In this document: positions 42,746 through 52,606 of the stretch, in pieces
How the letters are laid out: each line of letters starts with the position of its first letter
How positions within the stretch are numbered: the stretch's first letter is position 1
Origin: an uncultured Chloroflexia bacterium
GTDB taxonomy: Bacteria > Chloroflexota > Limnocylindria > Limnocylindrales > CSP1-4
NCBI GenBank assembly: GCA_963720755.1
Contig: CAVRGP010000002.1
Coordinates: 160,001 to 224,000 of the forward strand
DNA length: 64,000 nt
Reading direction: 5' to 3'
Translations under genes and position numbers: made by a program
Notes under the pieces: model-generated
Databases searched by the model: none
Seen by the model: only the letters and a program-made list of their open reading frames with translations
Told to the model about the DNA's origin: nothing

Positions 42746-43488
42746 CCGACCGCCCGCCGGAAATCTGCTCCGCGCCGTATCGCGTGAAGTTCGATGAAGG
42801 CTCGCCGGATGGCCTGATCCGGACCTCGGTCCTGCTGCGCTATACGCAGGACCTGGCCGGCCGCCACTCGACGGCCTATGGGTTCGATCGGGCGTGGTAC
42901 CGCCAACGCGGGATCACCTGGCTGGTTCGCGCCGCCGAGGTCGCCGTCGTGGACCGGATCCCGATCGACTTGGAGCTGATCGGGACGACCCGGGTCGTTG
43001 GCAGCCGACGGGTCTGGGCGCGACGACGGACGGACTTCGTCGATGCCGCCGGGACCGCGGTCGCCTGGGTCAACATCGACTGGGTGTTACTCGACCGGCG
43101 CGGTGCGCCGACCCGGATCCCACCCGAGGTCGACGCGGCCTTCGGGATGTCCCCGGCGGCGGTCACGCTGGCCCGGGTCGACCTTGGCGAACCCCCGGGC
43201 CATGCCCAGCGCGGAAGCCTGACCGTCCGACCCCAGGAACTCGATCCGATGGGCCACGTCAACAACGCGGTCTACGCCGATTGGGTGGATGAGTCGGTGA
43301 TCGCCGCCGGTGACCCGACATCCGTCCGCTCCATCCCACGGCTCCTTCGACTCGAGTACGCCCGAGCGGCGGAGGCGGGCGCGCAGGTGCACACGGTCGC
43401 GTGGTCTGATGACAAGGGCGGATGGTCGTGCCGGGTGGCCGACGGCACGGGTCCGGAACTCATCCGCGCGCGACTCGAACCCCTGTGA
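42742..43488 (+). CDS. Acyl-ACP thioesterase family protein
   Basis: Double hotdog fold; ELDPMGHVNNAVY. Confidence 0.88.
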   Translation: MTDRPPEICSAPYRVKFDEGSPDGLIRTSVLLRYTQDLAGRHSTAYGFDRAWYRQRGITWLVRAAEVAVVDRIPIDLELIGTTRVVGSRRVWARRRTDFVDAAGTAVAWVNIDWVLLDRRGAPTRIPPEVDAAFGMSPAAVTLARVDLGEPPGHAQRGSLTVRPQELDPMGHVNNAVYADWVDESVIAAGDPTSVRSIPRLLRLEYARAAEAGAQVHTVAWSDDKGGWSCRVADGTGPELIRARLEPL

Positions 43489-44672
43489 CCGCGACCCGCG
43501 ACGTCGTCATCGTCGGCGGTGGCGCGATCGGCGGGTCGGTCGCCTGGTTCCTGGCCAGCGACCCCGGTTTCGACGGCAGTATCACCGTGCTCGAGCGCGA
43601 TCCGACGTACGCGCAGGCGTCCTCGACCCGGTCCGCTGCGTCGATCCGGCAGCAATTCTCGACCCCCGAGAACATCCGGATGTCGAGCTTCTCGTACGGC
43701 TGGCTGCGGGACGCCGGACGACATCTGGCCGTCGACGATGGCGGCCTGCCGGTGGATCTCGGGTTCCACGAGGGCGGCTACCTCTACCTCGCGACCCGCG
43801 GATCGGCGGCGGACCTTCGCCGGAACCATGCCGTCCAGCGGGCGGAGGGCGCCGCCGTCGATCTCCTCACGACCGGCGAGCTGGCCGAGCGCTACCCATT
43901 CCTGGCCGTCGGCGACCTGGAGGTCGGGTCGTTGGGTCGCGCCGGTGAGGGCTGGTTCGACGGTCACGCCCTCGTGACGGGCCTGCGTCGGGCGGCCACG
44001 TCCCTGGGTGTCGAATACCAGGCCGCCGAGGCCGTTGGTGTCCGTCGATCGAGCCGGCGGATCGAGGCGGTCGTCCTCGCCGATGGTTCGACCATCGCCT
44101 GCGGCACGTTGGTCGATGCGGCCGGTCCATGGGCCCGCGACGTCGCCCGGGCCGCCGGGGTCGACCTACCGGTCGAGGCGCGACGTCGATGCGTCTGGGG
44201 GTTCGAGGCCGCCGATCCGATCCCGGACTGTCCGCTGGTCGTCGACCCCTCGGGTGCCTGGTTCCGGCCGGAGGGTCGCGGGTTCATCGGGTCGATCCCG
44301 CCGGACGCCAGCGAGGACGTCGACGGTCTGCCGCTCGATGTCGACGCGCGGTTGTTCGAGGATCGCCTCTGGCCGGCGCTGGCCGCGCGAGTCCCGGCTT
44401 TCGACGCGATCCGCCAGACGGGCGCGTGGGCCGGCTATTACGAGGTCAACACGTTCGATCACAACGCGATCCTCGGGCGCCATCCCGATCTTGGCAACCT
44501 GCTCTTCGCGAACGGATCCTCCGGTCACGGGATCCAGCACGCTCCCGCCATCGGTCGCGCTCTATCGGAGCTGATCGTCCACGCGCGATACGTCACGCTC
44601 GACCTGACCGTCCTCGGCTTCGAGCGACTCACCGGTGGACGGCCGGTGATGGAGCGCAACGTCATCGGCTGA
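43485..44672 (+). CDS. FAD-dependent oxidoreductase (DAO/sarcosine oxidase beta; FOXRED1-like)
   Basis: IVGGGAIG, ERDPTYAQASST..IRQQFS.PENI, WAGYYE.N..DHN, SGHGIQH. Confidence 0.88.
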   Translation: MTATRDVVIVGGGAIGGSVAWFLASDPGFDGSITVLERDPTYAQASSTRSAASIRQQFSTPENIRMSSFSYGWLRDAGRHLAVDDGGLPVDLGFHEGGYLYLATRGSAADLRRNHAVQRAEGAAVDLLTTGELAERYPFLAVGDLEVGSLGRAGEGWFDGHALVTGLRRAATSLGVEYQAAEAVGVRRSSRRIEAVVLADGSTIACGTLVDAAGPWARDVARAAGVDLPVEARRRCVWGFEAADPIPDCPLVVDPSGAWFRPEGRGFIGSIPPDASEDVDGLPLDVDARLFEDRLWPALAARVPAFDAIRQTGAWAGYYEVNTFDHNAILGRHPDLGNLLFANGSSGHGIQHAPAIGRALSELIVHARYVTLDLTVLGFERLTGGRPVMERNVIG

Positions 44673-44677
44673 GCGGA

Positions 44678-45943
44678 TCAGGCCCCCGAACCGCGCTGGA
44701 TCATCCCGGCCGCGACCGTTCTGTTCGTCCCTTCGTCGACCAGGACGAAGGCACCGGTCTGGCGGTTCGTCTGATAGGCGTCGACGAACAGCGGCTGGGT
44801 CACCCGAAGCTGGATCCGGCCGATCTCGTTGAGGGCCAGCTCCGTCGCGTCTTCCACCCGGTGCAGGGTGTTGACGTCGATCCGATAGGAAAGCTCCTTG
44901 ACGACGGCCCGGGCCCATCGCGTCGTGTGCTTGATCGCGTACCGACGGCCCACCATCAGCGACGCACTCTCGTCCATCCAGCAGACCTGGGCGTCGACAT
45001 CCTGGACGACCGTCGGCAGGTTGTGGGGACGGCAGATCATGTCGCCCCGACCGATGTCGATGTCATCTGCCAGGGTGATGGTGACGGCCATCGGCGGGAA
45101 CGCCTCCTCGACCGGACCGTCGGCCGTGTCGATGCTCGCGATCGTCGATTCGAGGCCGCTGGGCAGGGCCATGATCCGATCTCCCGGTCGCAGGACGCCC
45201 GAAGCGACGGTGCCGGCATATCCGCGGTAATCGATGACCTCGGTCGATTGCGGCCGCAGGATGTACTGGACCGGGAAGCGGACGTCGACGAGGTTCCGGT
45301 CGCTCGCGACGTGCAATCGCTCGAGGTGGCTCAGGAGCGTGGCGCCCTCGTACCACGGCGTGTTCGGGGACCGGGTGACGACGTTGTCGCCGAGCAGGGC
45401 CGAAACCGGGATGAAGGTCATGTCGCGGACGCGAAGGCGGGTGGCGAACTCGCCGAACTCGGCCCGGATGGATTCGAACACCGATTCGGAGAAGTCCACC
45501 AGGTCCATCTTGTTGACGCACACGACGAGATGCGGCACGCCGAGCAGGGTGGAGATGAAGGCGTGGCGGCGGCTCTGCTCGGTGATCCCCCGGCGCGCAT
45601 CGAGCAGGATGACGGCGACATCCGCGGTCGACGCCCCCGTGACCATGTTGCGCGTGTACTGGATATGCCCGGGCGTGTCGGCGACGATGAATTTGCGTCG
45701 AGGCGTCGCGAAGTAGCGGTAGGCGACGTCGATGGTGATGCCCTGCTCCCGCTCCGCACGGAGGCCGTCGGTGATCAGGGCGAGGTCGGTGTAGTCATTA
45801 CCCCGGTCGCGGCTGACTCGCTCGACCGCGTCCAGCTGGTCCGTGAACAGCGACTTGGAATCGAACAACAGGCGACCGATGAGGGTGCTCTTGCCATCGT
45901 CGACGGATCCGGCGGTCGCGAATCGCAGCAGTTCCTGGGACAT
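44678..45943 (-). CDS. cysN: Sulfate adenylyltransferase large subunit (no fused APS kinase)
   Basis: TAGSVDDGKSTLIGRLL, EREQGITIDVAY, DTPGH, NKMD. Confidence 0.95.
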   Translation of the reverse strand: MSQELLRFATAGSVDDGKSTLIGRLLFDSKSLFTDQLDAVERVSRDRGNDYTDLALITDGLRAEREQGITIDVAYRYFATPRRKFIVADTPGHIQYTRNMVTGASTADVAVILLDARRGITEQSRRHAFISTLLGVPHLVVCVNKMDLVDFSESVFESIRAEFGEFATRLRVRDMTFIPVSALLGDNVVTRSPNTPWYEGATLLSHLERLHVASDRNLVDVRFPVQYILRPQSTEVIDYRGYAGTVASGVLRPGDRIMALPSGLESTIASIDTADGPVEEAFPPMAVTITLADDIDIGRGDMICRPHNLPTVVQDVDAQVCWMDESASLMVGRRYAIKHTTRWARAVVKELSYRIDVNTLHRVEDATELALNEIGRIQLRVTQPLFVDAYQTNRQTGAFVLVDEGTNRTVAAGMIQRGSGA

Positions 45944-46845
45944 CAGAAGTAGCCCTCGCGCTTGCGATCTTCCATCGCAGCCTCGCTGACCTTGTCGTCG
46001 CCGCGGGTCGCCCCGCGCTCGGTGATCCGCACGGCGGCGATCTCCTCCACGATCAACTCGACCGTGTGTGCGTTCGACTCGACGGCGGCCGTCAGGTTGG
46101 CGTCGCCGATCGTGCGGTATCGGACGCGCCGGACCTGCGTGAGCTCGCCTGCCCGCAGCGGGATGAACTCGTTGACCGCGTAGAGCATCCCGTCGCGTTC
46201 GACGACCTCCCGATCGGCCGCGAGATACAGCTCGGGGATGGCGATCCGCTCGGACGCGATGTACGTCCAGACGTCCAGTTCCGTCCAGTTGGACAAGGGG
46301 AAGACCCGGATCGACTCGCCGGGGAAGACCCGGCCGTTGTAGAGATTCCAGATCTCCGGACGCTGGTTGCGCGGATCCCATTGGCCGAATTCGTCACGGA
46401 ACGAGAAGACGCGTTCCTTCGCGCGCGCCTTCTCCTCGTCGCGTCGGCCACCGCCGAACAGGGCGTCGAACTTGTAGCGCTCCACGGCCTCGAGCAGGAC
46501 GCCCGTCTGGATCCGGTTCCTCGATCCGTTGGGCTCCTCCCGCACCAGCCCTCGCTCGATCGCATCCTGGACCGACGCCACCACCAGCTGCAGGCCGAGC
46601 TCCTCGATCCATTTGTCGCGGAAGGTCAGGACCTCCGGGAAGTTGAGCCCGGTATCGATGTGCATGATCGGGAACGGGATGCGCGCGGGAGCGAACGCCT
46701 TGCGAGCGATGTTGAGCATCACGATCGAGTCCTTGCCACCGGAGAAGAGGAGGCAGGGCCGCTCCATCTCGGCGGCGACCTCGCGGAAGATATGGATGCT
46801 TTCCGCTTCGAGACTTCGCAGTTGGGTCAGGACGTGCGTGTTCAT
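45943..46845 (-). CDS. cysD: Sulfate adenylyltransferase small subunit
   Basis: LFSGGKDS, RRDEEKARAKER, QRPEIW, MEDRKREGYF. Confidence 0.96.
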   Translation of the reverse strand: MNTHVLTQLRSLEAESIHIFREVAAEMERPCLLFSGGKDSIVMLNIARKAFAPARIPFPIMHIDTGLNFPEVLTFRDKWIEELGLQLVVASVQDAIERGLVREEPNGSRNRIQTGVLLEAVERYKFDALFGGGRRDEEKARAKERVFSFRDEFGQWDPRNQRPEIWNLYNGRVFPGESIRVFPLSNWTELDVWTYIASERIAIPELYLAADREVVERDGMLYAVNEFIPLRAGELTQVRRVRYRTIGDANLTAAVESNAHTVELIVEEIAAVRITERGATRGDDKVSEAAMEDRKREGYF

Positions 46846-47660
46846 CGGCGTGCGTCACGCACGTCATCGAGTCCGACCGCCGCGAGCAGCCGAGTCAGGA
46901 ACGGGCCGACCGCGGGCTCGCAGACCAGCAGGTCCGGGCTCCACGGGTCGGCCTGGTTGAACTCGAGCATCGTCCCATCCACACGCGTGGCGATCAATCC
47001 TGCGGCCCGCGCGACTGCGACCGGAGCAGCGGAATCCCACTCCCATTGACCACCGGCGTGGACATAGGCGTCCACGGTCCCATCGACCACCGCCATCGTT
47101 TTGACCCCGGCCGAGCCCATCGGCACGAGTTCGACGGCGGTGATGGCGGCGAGCCGGTCGACGATGGCCGGCGGGCGGCTGCGGCTCACGGCGAGACGAA
47201 GCGGACGACGTCCCGCCGCGACAGCCTCCCGATCCGGTCGCGTCCCGGCCGTGTCACCGGATGAGTGGACCCGGTCTCGGGCCGGCAGCGCCACCGCCGC
47301 ATCGGTCAGGCCCCGGCCGCGTTGCCACAGGGCGAGATGGACGGCGAAGTCATCCCGCCAACCGCCGTCCTCGGTGCGCTCGGCGAATTCGCGCGTGCCG
47401 TCGAGTGGATCGATGATCCAGACCCGCTCCGCATCGAGCCGCCGGCGATCGTCGACCGCCTCCTCCGACAGGATCGGATCGCCCGGTCGAGCCGCCGCAA
47501 GGGCCGCCGCAAGGAAGCGTTGGGCGCTGGCATCCCCGGCGGCCCGGAGTTCCGCCACCGGCCCGCTGAAACGACCGGACTCCACCTGGGCTCGGACGTC
47601 CAGCAGGATCTGGCCCGCGCCGACCGCCAGATCGACGGCCAGTCGGGTGTCATCGGTCAT
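46842..47660 (-). CDS. cysQ: 3'(2'),5'-bisphosphate nucleotidase
   Basis: ILSEE, WIIDPLDGTREF, SRS, GSAGVK, WEWDSAAP. Confidence 0.9.
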   Translation of the reverse strand: MTDDTRLAVDLAVGAGQILLDVRAQVESGRFSGPVAELRAAGDASAQRFLAAALAAARPGDPILSEEAVDDRRRLDAERVWIIDPLDGTREFAERTEDGGWRDDFAVHLALWQRGRGLTDAAVALPARDRVHSSGDTAGTRPDREAVAAGRRPLRLAVSRSRPPAIVDRLAAITAVELVPMGSAGVKTMAVVDGTVDAYVHAGGQWEWDSAAPVAVARAAGLIATRVDGTMLEFNQADPWSPDLLVCEPAVGPFLTRLLAAVGLDDVRDARR

Positions 47661-47862
47661 CGGCAGGTCGACCTGGGCGTGGTCGATCACGAGCGCTCGG
47701 ACGTCTGGTTCACGGGCGGATACCTTGCTGCGGAGTCTGTCGGGAGTCTGTAGTTTGAACGAACGACGTGATCTGGGCACACAGCCGTCCATATAAGCGT
47801 CGCAGGTATCATCGCCGCATGCCAGCCACGCCATCACGCGGCCCGATCCGACTGCCCCCGGC

Positions 47863-48813
47863 ATGACCTTCGATGCCCCGTTGGCGGCGGCGGGCCTCCT
47901 CATCGGCATCGTCGTTGGTCTGACCGGGATGGGCGGCGGAGCGTTGATGACGCCCGTCCTGGTGTTCTTCTTCAAGATCGACCCTCTGACGGCGATCTCC
48001 AGCGATATCGTCGTCAGCCTGTTCATGAAACCAGCCGCCGCGGTCGTCCATCTTCGGCGCGGCACGGTCAATCTCGAGCTTGTCGGCTGGCTCTGCCTCG
48101 GGTCCGTTCCGGCCGCATTCCTCGGTGCCTGGTTCATCAGCTTCGTCGCACTCGATGAAGGGTCGAGCACGCTCATCAAGCAGGTGCTCGGGGTGGCGCT
48201 GCTGGTCGCGACCGCTGGCCTGATCGTGCGCAGCCTGCTTCAGATGTGGCGCAAACGACTGCCGCTCGGCGAGGGTCCGGCCGTCGTCGTCCGGCCGCCG
48301 ATCGTCAAGATCCGGCGGGTCCCGACGGTGGCCCTTGGGGCGCTCGGTGGCTTCATGGTCGGGGTGACCTCGGTCGGTGCCGGCTCCATCATCATCGTCA
48401 TCCTGCTGATGATCTACCCGACCCTGAAGGCATCCTCGCTGGTCGGAACGGACCTCACCCAGGCCATCCCGCTGGTCGCCGCCGCGGCGGCCGGCCACCT
48501 GCTCTTCGGCAGCTTCTCGGCGATGGTTGCGGCCTCATTGCTCGTCGGCGCGGTGCCGGGCGCCTGGGTCGGGGCGCAGATCAGCAGCCGCGCTCCAGGC
48601 GGGATCATCCGGCGCGTCCTGGCGGTCCTCCTGCTGGCGACCGGCCTGAAGCTGCTCGGGGTCGACACGATCTGGGTCATCGCGGCGGCGATCATGGCGA
48701 TCTTCCTCGGGACGGTCATCTGGGCGCTGATCCGGTCGCGGGTCGTGCCCAAGCCCGGCCTGGCGCGGAACACGGAGGCGGCGCTTCCCGGCGCTGACGG
48801 CGGGCCACGGTGA
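47863..48813 (+). CDS. TauE/SafE (TSUP) family sulfur-oxyanion transporter
   Basis: [28 protein letters not shown]. Confidence 0.9.
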   Translation: MTFDAPLAAAGLLIGIVVGLTGMGGGALMTPVLVFFFKIDPLTAISSDIVVSLFMKPAAAVVHLRRGTVNLELVGWLCLGSVPAAFLGAWFISFVALDEGSSTLIKQVLGVALLVATAGLIVRSLLQMWRKRLPLGEGPAVVVRPPIVKIRRVPTVALGALGGFMVGVTSVGAGSIIIVILLMIYPTLKASSLVGTDLTQAIPLVAAAAAGHLLFGSFSAMVAASLLVGAVPGAWVGAQISSRAPGGIIRRVLAVLLLATGLKLLGVDTIWVIAAAIMAIFLGTVIWALIRSRVVPKPGLARNTEAALPGADGGPR

Positions 48814-50141
48814 GCGCGAGCGATAGCGCCGACGACCTGACGCCCTTCGCCGATACCCCACGCCTCGTCCTCGACGGCGACGGCCTCGACGTCCTCGAAC
48901 TCGCGCTCGGCGGTGCCATCCCCGGGCTCCCGGCGTCGGTCGGCGTCACGTCGGATGGGGAGTGGGTGCTGACCGATCGGGAGAACTCGCCGCTGGCCCA
49001 TCTTCGCGTCGACCCCGCCGGCGACTCGACCTTGCGTCCGCTCCGTCCGATGCCCACCGGCGTCGGACCGCGATGGGATCCGGCGGTGCGGCGACCGGCC
49101 CGGGACGTGCGGGGCGAGCTACGCGACCTGATCGGATCCGGTCCGGTCGTCGGCTTCGTGGTGGACGAGCTCCCGACGGTGTCGGATCTGCAGGCGGTCC
49201 TCGAACGCGTACGGGCCAGCGACGCTGCGGCTGTTCTGTGGGCCGTGCCGGTCGCTCGTCACGGAGATGGGCCGGGTCCCGTCAGTGGCGCCGCACTGGC
49301 GCGGGCGAGTCGGTCATTGGCGGAGACCCTCGCATCCGACCTCGCCGGCCCGCCGGTGATCCCGTTGATCGTGCCCTGGCCGGGGCGCGGGCGCGACGGC
49401 CAGCTCGACGTCATCCCCATCGACGAGGTGATAGCGGCCTACGGCGCGACGGAGACTCGGCACGTGCGCGATCTGCGCAGCCCGGCGACCGACCGGCGCC
49501 TGGCGGGCCTGGACGACGCCTTCGAGCGAGACGTAAGCGCCATCTATCCGCCGGCTTCCGCGGCCGAATTCATCGCCGCCCGCGAGCGCCGCGTCCGCAG
49601 CGTCCGCAGCGGTGCCGTCATCTTCTTCACCGGGCTGTCTGGCTCCGGCAAGTCGACCATCGCCCGGGCGCTCAGCGACGCCCTGAGGGATCGAGGGTCG
49701 CGGGTCACGTTGCTCGACGGAGACGAGGTTCGCCAGCACCTGTCGGCCGAGCTCGGCTTCGACGCGGCATCGCGCGAACGCAATATCGACCGGATCGCCT
49801 TCGTGGCCTCACTCGTTGCCGCGCATGGTGGCATCGCCGTGGCGGCGCCGATCGCGCCATTCGCGGCCGGCCGCCAGGCGGCTCGAACCATGGCCGAGAA
49901 CGAAGGCGTGTTCCTGCTCGTGTACGTCGACACACCACTGGCCGTGTGCGAGGCCAGGGATCGCAAGGGCCTGTATGCCGAGGCTCGGGCCGGTCGCATC
50001 CCCGACTTCACGGGGATCAGTTCGCCGTACGAGCACCCGGACGATGCGGATGTCGTGATCGACACGTCCACGACGTCCGTTGAGGAGGCGGTCGCGGTCA
50101 TCATCGAGGCGCTGGAGCGAGCTGCCGGTCCGGGGCGGTAG
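48810..50141 (+). CDS. cysC: Adenylyl-sulfate kinase fused to a degenerate ATP-sulfurylase-like N-terminal region
   Basis: C-terminal [31 protein letters not shown]; N-terminal '[17 protein letters not shown]' is Sat-like but lacks the QxRN/HxxH motifs. Confidence 0.88.
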   Translation: MSASDSADDLTPFADTPRLVLDGDGLDVLELALGGAIPGLPASVGVTSDGEWVLTDRENSPLAHLRVDPAGDSTLRPLRPMPTGVGPRWDPAVRRPARDVRGELRDLIGSGPVVGFVVDELPTVSDLQAVLERVRASDAAAVLWAVPVARHGDGPGPVSGAALARASRSLAETLASDLAGPPVIPLIVPWPGRGRDGQLDVIPIDEVIAAYGATETRHVRDLRSPATDRRLAGLDDAFERDVSAIYPPASAAEFIAARERRVRSVRSGAVIFFTGLSGSGKSTIARALSDALRDRGSRVTLLDGDEVRQHLSAELGFDAASRERNIDRIAFVASLVAAHGGIAVAAPIAPFAAGRQAARTMAENEGVFLLVYVDTPLAVCEARDRKGLYAEARAGRIPDFTGISSPYEHPDDADVVIDTSTTSVEEAVAVIIEALERAAGPGR

Positions 50142-50147
50142 GCCCCG

Positions 50148-51395
50148 TCAGCTGCGGTCGCGACGACGGCCGAGTCGTGTCAATCGGCGGCGGAGACCAT
50201 GGGCTCGGCGTCCGATGGCCGTTCGGATCCGGACCCACAGGACCACCGCGACCTGGATCGTGGGGATCCCCACGAGCTCCGCGGGCTCACCCGGCACGCG
50301 CGAAGCCGACGAGCCTGATGACGTGGATGTGCGCGCAAGTCCACTCGCAACGACCACGCCCATGGCGGTCGCTGCGGCGGTCCGAGGTGAGATGTGCAGC
50401 TCTGCTGCGGCGGCCCCTGACGTTGATGCGGGCGGTAGTCGGGTCAGGTTCTCATGGTCGCCGACGATCCGGACGCCTGAGGCGACGATCGCGTCGACCA
50501 TCTCCCGGCCGACCGCCCCGGCTCGCTCGAGGGCCCATCGCGGTGTCTCCAACCGAGGCTCGCCCGTGGCGGCGGGGTGGGACTTGACGTAGCTCGCGGC
50601 CCCGAAGCGCATCACGGTGGTATGGAGCGGCCGGCTCAGGCCCGCATCGAAGAACTGCGCGTTGAAGGCGCGGACGATCTCGATCTCGGGCAGCGTCATC
50701 GATCGATTGCTGACGTCGTCCTCGGCGGCGAGGGTTCCCACCCGCAGTCCGAGCAGCTGCTCGAACACCCGCAGGACCATGTCGTGATCCTGATCGTCGA
50801 GGGCGACGACGGTGACGTTGTCCGGCCCGACGACCTCGGTCCAACGGGCGACGAGCTGATCGTGGCGGTGTCGACGCCAAAAGACCGGTTTCAGCCTCGA
50901 CGGGTCGTTGAAGACCGCGTCCAGCCAGTCATCGAACGGCCTTCGCTCGCCGCTCTGCACGAATTGTTGCCACTGGGAGGAGAGGATCCGGCTGAGCGGC
51001 CGCAGCGTCACCACGATATGGACCCGTTCGCCACCCAGGTCCTCGACGATCGTCCGGATGGTGTCCGGTTTGGCCTCGGACAGGAACTCGCTGCTGATGA
51101 CCACCCGCGGCTCGCGCGCGCGTCGCACCTCTCCGACCAGGTGCCGCCACCAGCGCATCGATGGGACCTTGCCGGTGCTCGGGCTCGCATTGCCGACGAT
51201 CGCCTGCACCGCCGCCACGGGTTGGCGGGTGGGGCCGGCATAGTGGACACCCTGGGCGGAGACAGCCTCGCGGTTGCCGTGGAAGGCGCCCTGCAGGTAC
51301 GTCGTCCCGGTCTTGGGTGGGCCGATGTGGATGAGCCGGGTGCCCGCGGGCAGGAGCAGGTCGTCCGATCCGTCCGGTCCGGCAGTGGCGGTCAT
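50148..51395 (-). CDS. Sulfotransferase-like P-loop protein, array copy A (distal, most divergent C-terminus)
   Basis: HIGPPKTGTTYLQ (5'-PSB-like), ISSE, VTLRP..SQWQQ (3'-PB-like), NRS. Confidence 0.78.
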   Translation of the reverse strand: MTATAGPDGSDDLLLPAGTRLIHIGPPKTGTTYLQGAFHGNREAVSAQGVHYAGPTRQPVAAVQAIVGNASPSTGKVPSMRWWRHLVGEVRRAREPRVVISSEFLSEAKPDTIRTIVEDLGGERVHIVVTLRPLSRILSSQWQQFVQSGERRPFDDWLDAVFNDPSRLKPVFWRRHRHDQLVARWTEVVGPDNVTVVALDDQDHDMVLRVFEQLLGLRVGTLAAEDDVSNRSMTLPEIEIVRAFNAQFFDAGLSRPLHTTVMRFGAASYVKSHPAATGEPRLETPRWALERAGAVGREMVDAIVASGVRIVGDHENLTRLPPASTSGAAAAELHISPRTAAATAMGVVVASGLARTSTSSGSSASRVPGEPAELVGIPTIQVAVVLWVRIRTAIGRRAHGLRRRLTRLGRRRDRS

Positions 51396-52606
51396 CGGGA
51401 CCGTCCGACCAGGCGGCGGGTGCGCCGCCCGGCGGCGGTGACGATCCGCCGTCCGACGATGCCGACCATGTCGAGGGTCGAGACCCTGGCCAGGGCGATC
51501 GGTTCGACCGATGTGCGGGTGACCTGACCATCGGGATCGGGGACGAGGCCACTGGCCCGCAGGACGCTCATCGCCACGGTCGCCGCAAGGTCCGGGCTGA
51601 TCTCGGGGTCGGGCTGCACGCCGTCGACGAGCCGGCTGGTCAGGACCGGTCGGAGGTGCTCGGGATCGCCGACGATCCGAACACCCGACGCGGTGATCGC
51701 ATCGACCATCTCCCGGGCGATCCCGGCGGTCCGGTCGAGCGCCCACTGGGGGGTCTCGATCCGGGCCTCGCCGGGACCCGGCTCGCGGGCCTTCATCCGG
51801 GTGGCTGCGCCAAAGGCCATGACCTTCGTATGGAGCGGACGACTCAGGCCCGCGGCGAAGAACTGCTCGTTGAACGCTCGGACGATCTCGATCTCGGCCC
51901 AGGTCATCGACCGGTTCGTCCGGTCGCCATCGGCCACCAGCGTGCCTGCCCGCAGCCCGAGCAGCCGCTCGAACACCCGCAGGACCATGTCGTGGTCCCG
52001 CTCATCGAGGGCGATGACCGTGACGTTCTGTGGCCCGACCACCTCGGCCCAGCGGGCGATCAGCTGATCGTGGCGATGGGGATACCAGAACCACTTCGTG
52101 TGTCGTTCCTCTTGATCCCCGAAGATCTGCTCGAGGAACTGGTCGAACGACGTCCGCAGGCCGGCCTGGACCGTCTGTTGCCATTGAGACGGGATCGACT
52201 TGGCCAGCGGCCGGAGGGTCACCGCGACATGGACACGATCCGGACCCAGGTCATCGACGATCGTTCGGATGGTCTCGGGTTTGGCTCGAGCCAGGCGCTC
52301 GCTGCTGAGCAGGACCCGTCGCTCACCGGCGTTGCGGATCTCGTCGACCAGATCGCGCCACTTCGCGATCGGTGGCACCTCGCCGGTCCTGGTGTTCGAC
52401 AGGCCGAGGATGCTGAGGACCGCCGCCACGGGTTGGCGGGTGGGGCCGGCATAGTGGACACCCTGGGCGGAGACAGCCTGGCGGTTGCCGTGGAAGGCGC
52501 CCTGCAGGTACGTCGTCCCGGTCTTGGGTGGGCCGATGTGGATGAGCCGGGTGCCCGCAGGCAGGAGCAGGTCGTCCGATCCGTCCGGTCCGGCAGTGGC
52601 GGTCAT
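51392..52606 (-). CDS. Sulfotransferase-like protein, array copy B
   Basis: Same motifs; ATGA overlaps with both neighbours. Confidence 0.78.
   Translation of the reverse strand: MTATAGPDGSDDLLLPAGTRLIHIGPPKTGTTYLQGAFHGNRQAVSAQGVHYAGPTRQPVAAVLSILGLSNTRTGEVPPIAKWRDLVDEIRNAGERRVLLSSERLARAKPETIRTIVDDLGPDRVHVAVTLRPLAKSIPSQWQQTVQAGLRTSFDQFLEQIFGDQEERHTKWFWYPHRHDQLIARWAEVVGPQNVTVIALDERDHDMVLRVFERLLGLRAGTLVADGDRTNRSMTWAEIEIVRAFNEQFFAAGLSRPLHTKVMAFGAATRMKAREPGPGEARIETPQWALDRTAGIAREMVDAITASGVRIVGDPEHLRPVLTSRLVDGVQPDPEISPDLAATVAMSVLRASGLVPDPDGQVTRTSVEPIALARVSTLDMVGIVGRRIVTAAGRRTRRLVGRSR

Noticed and set aside
43485-44672. FOXRED1-like oxidoreductase as a complex I assembly factor
   Set aside because: About 38 kb from the nuo operon, and the family is widespread in amino acid metabolism; no contextual support.
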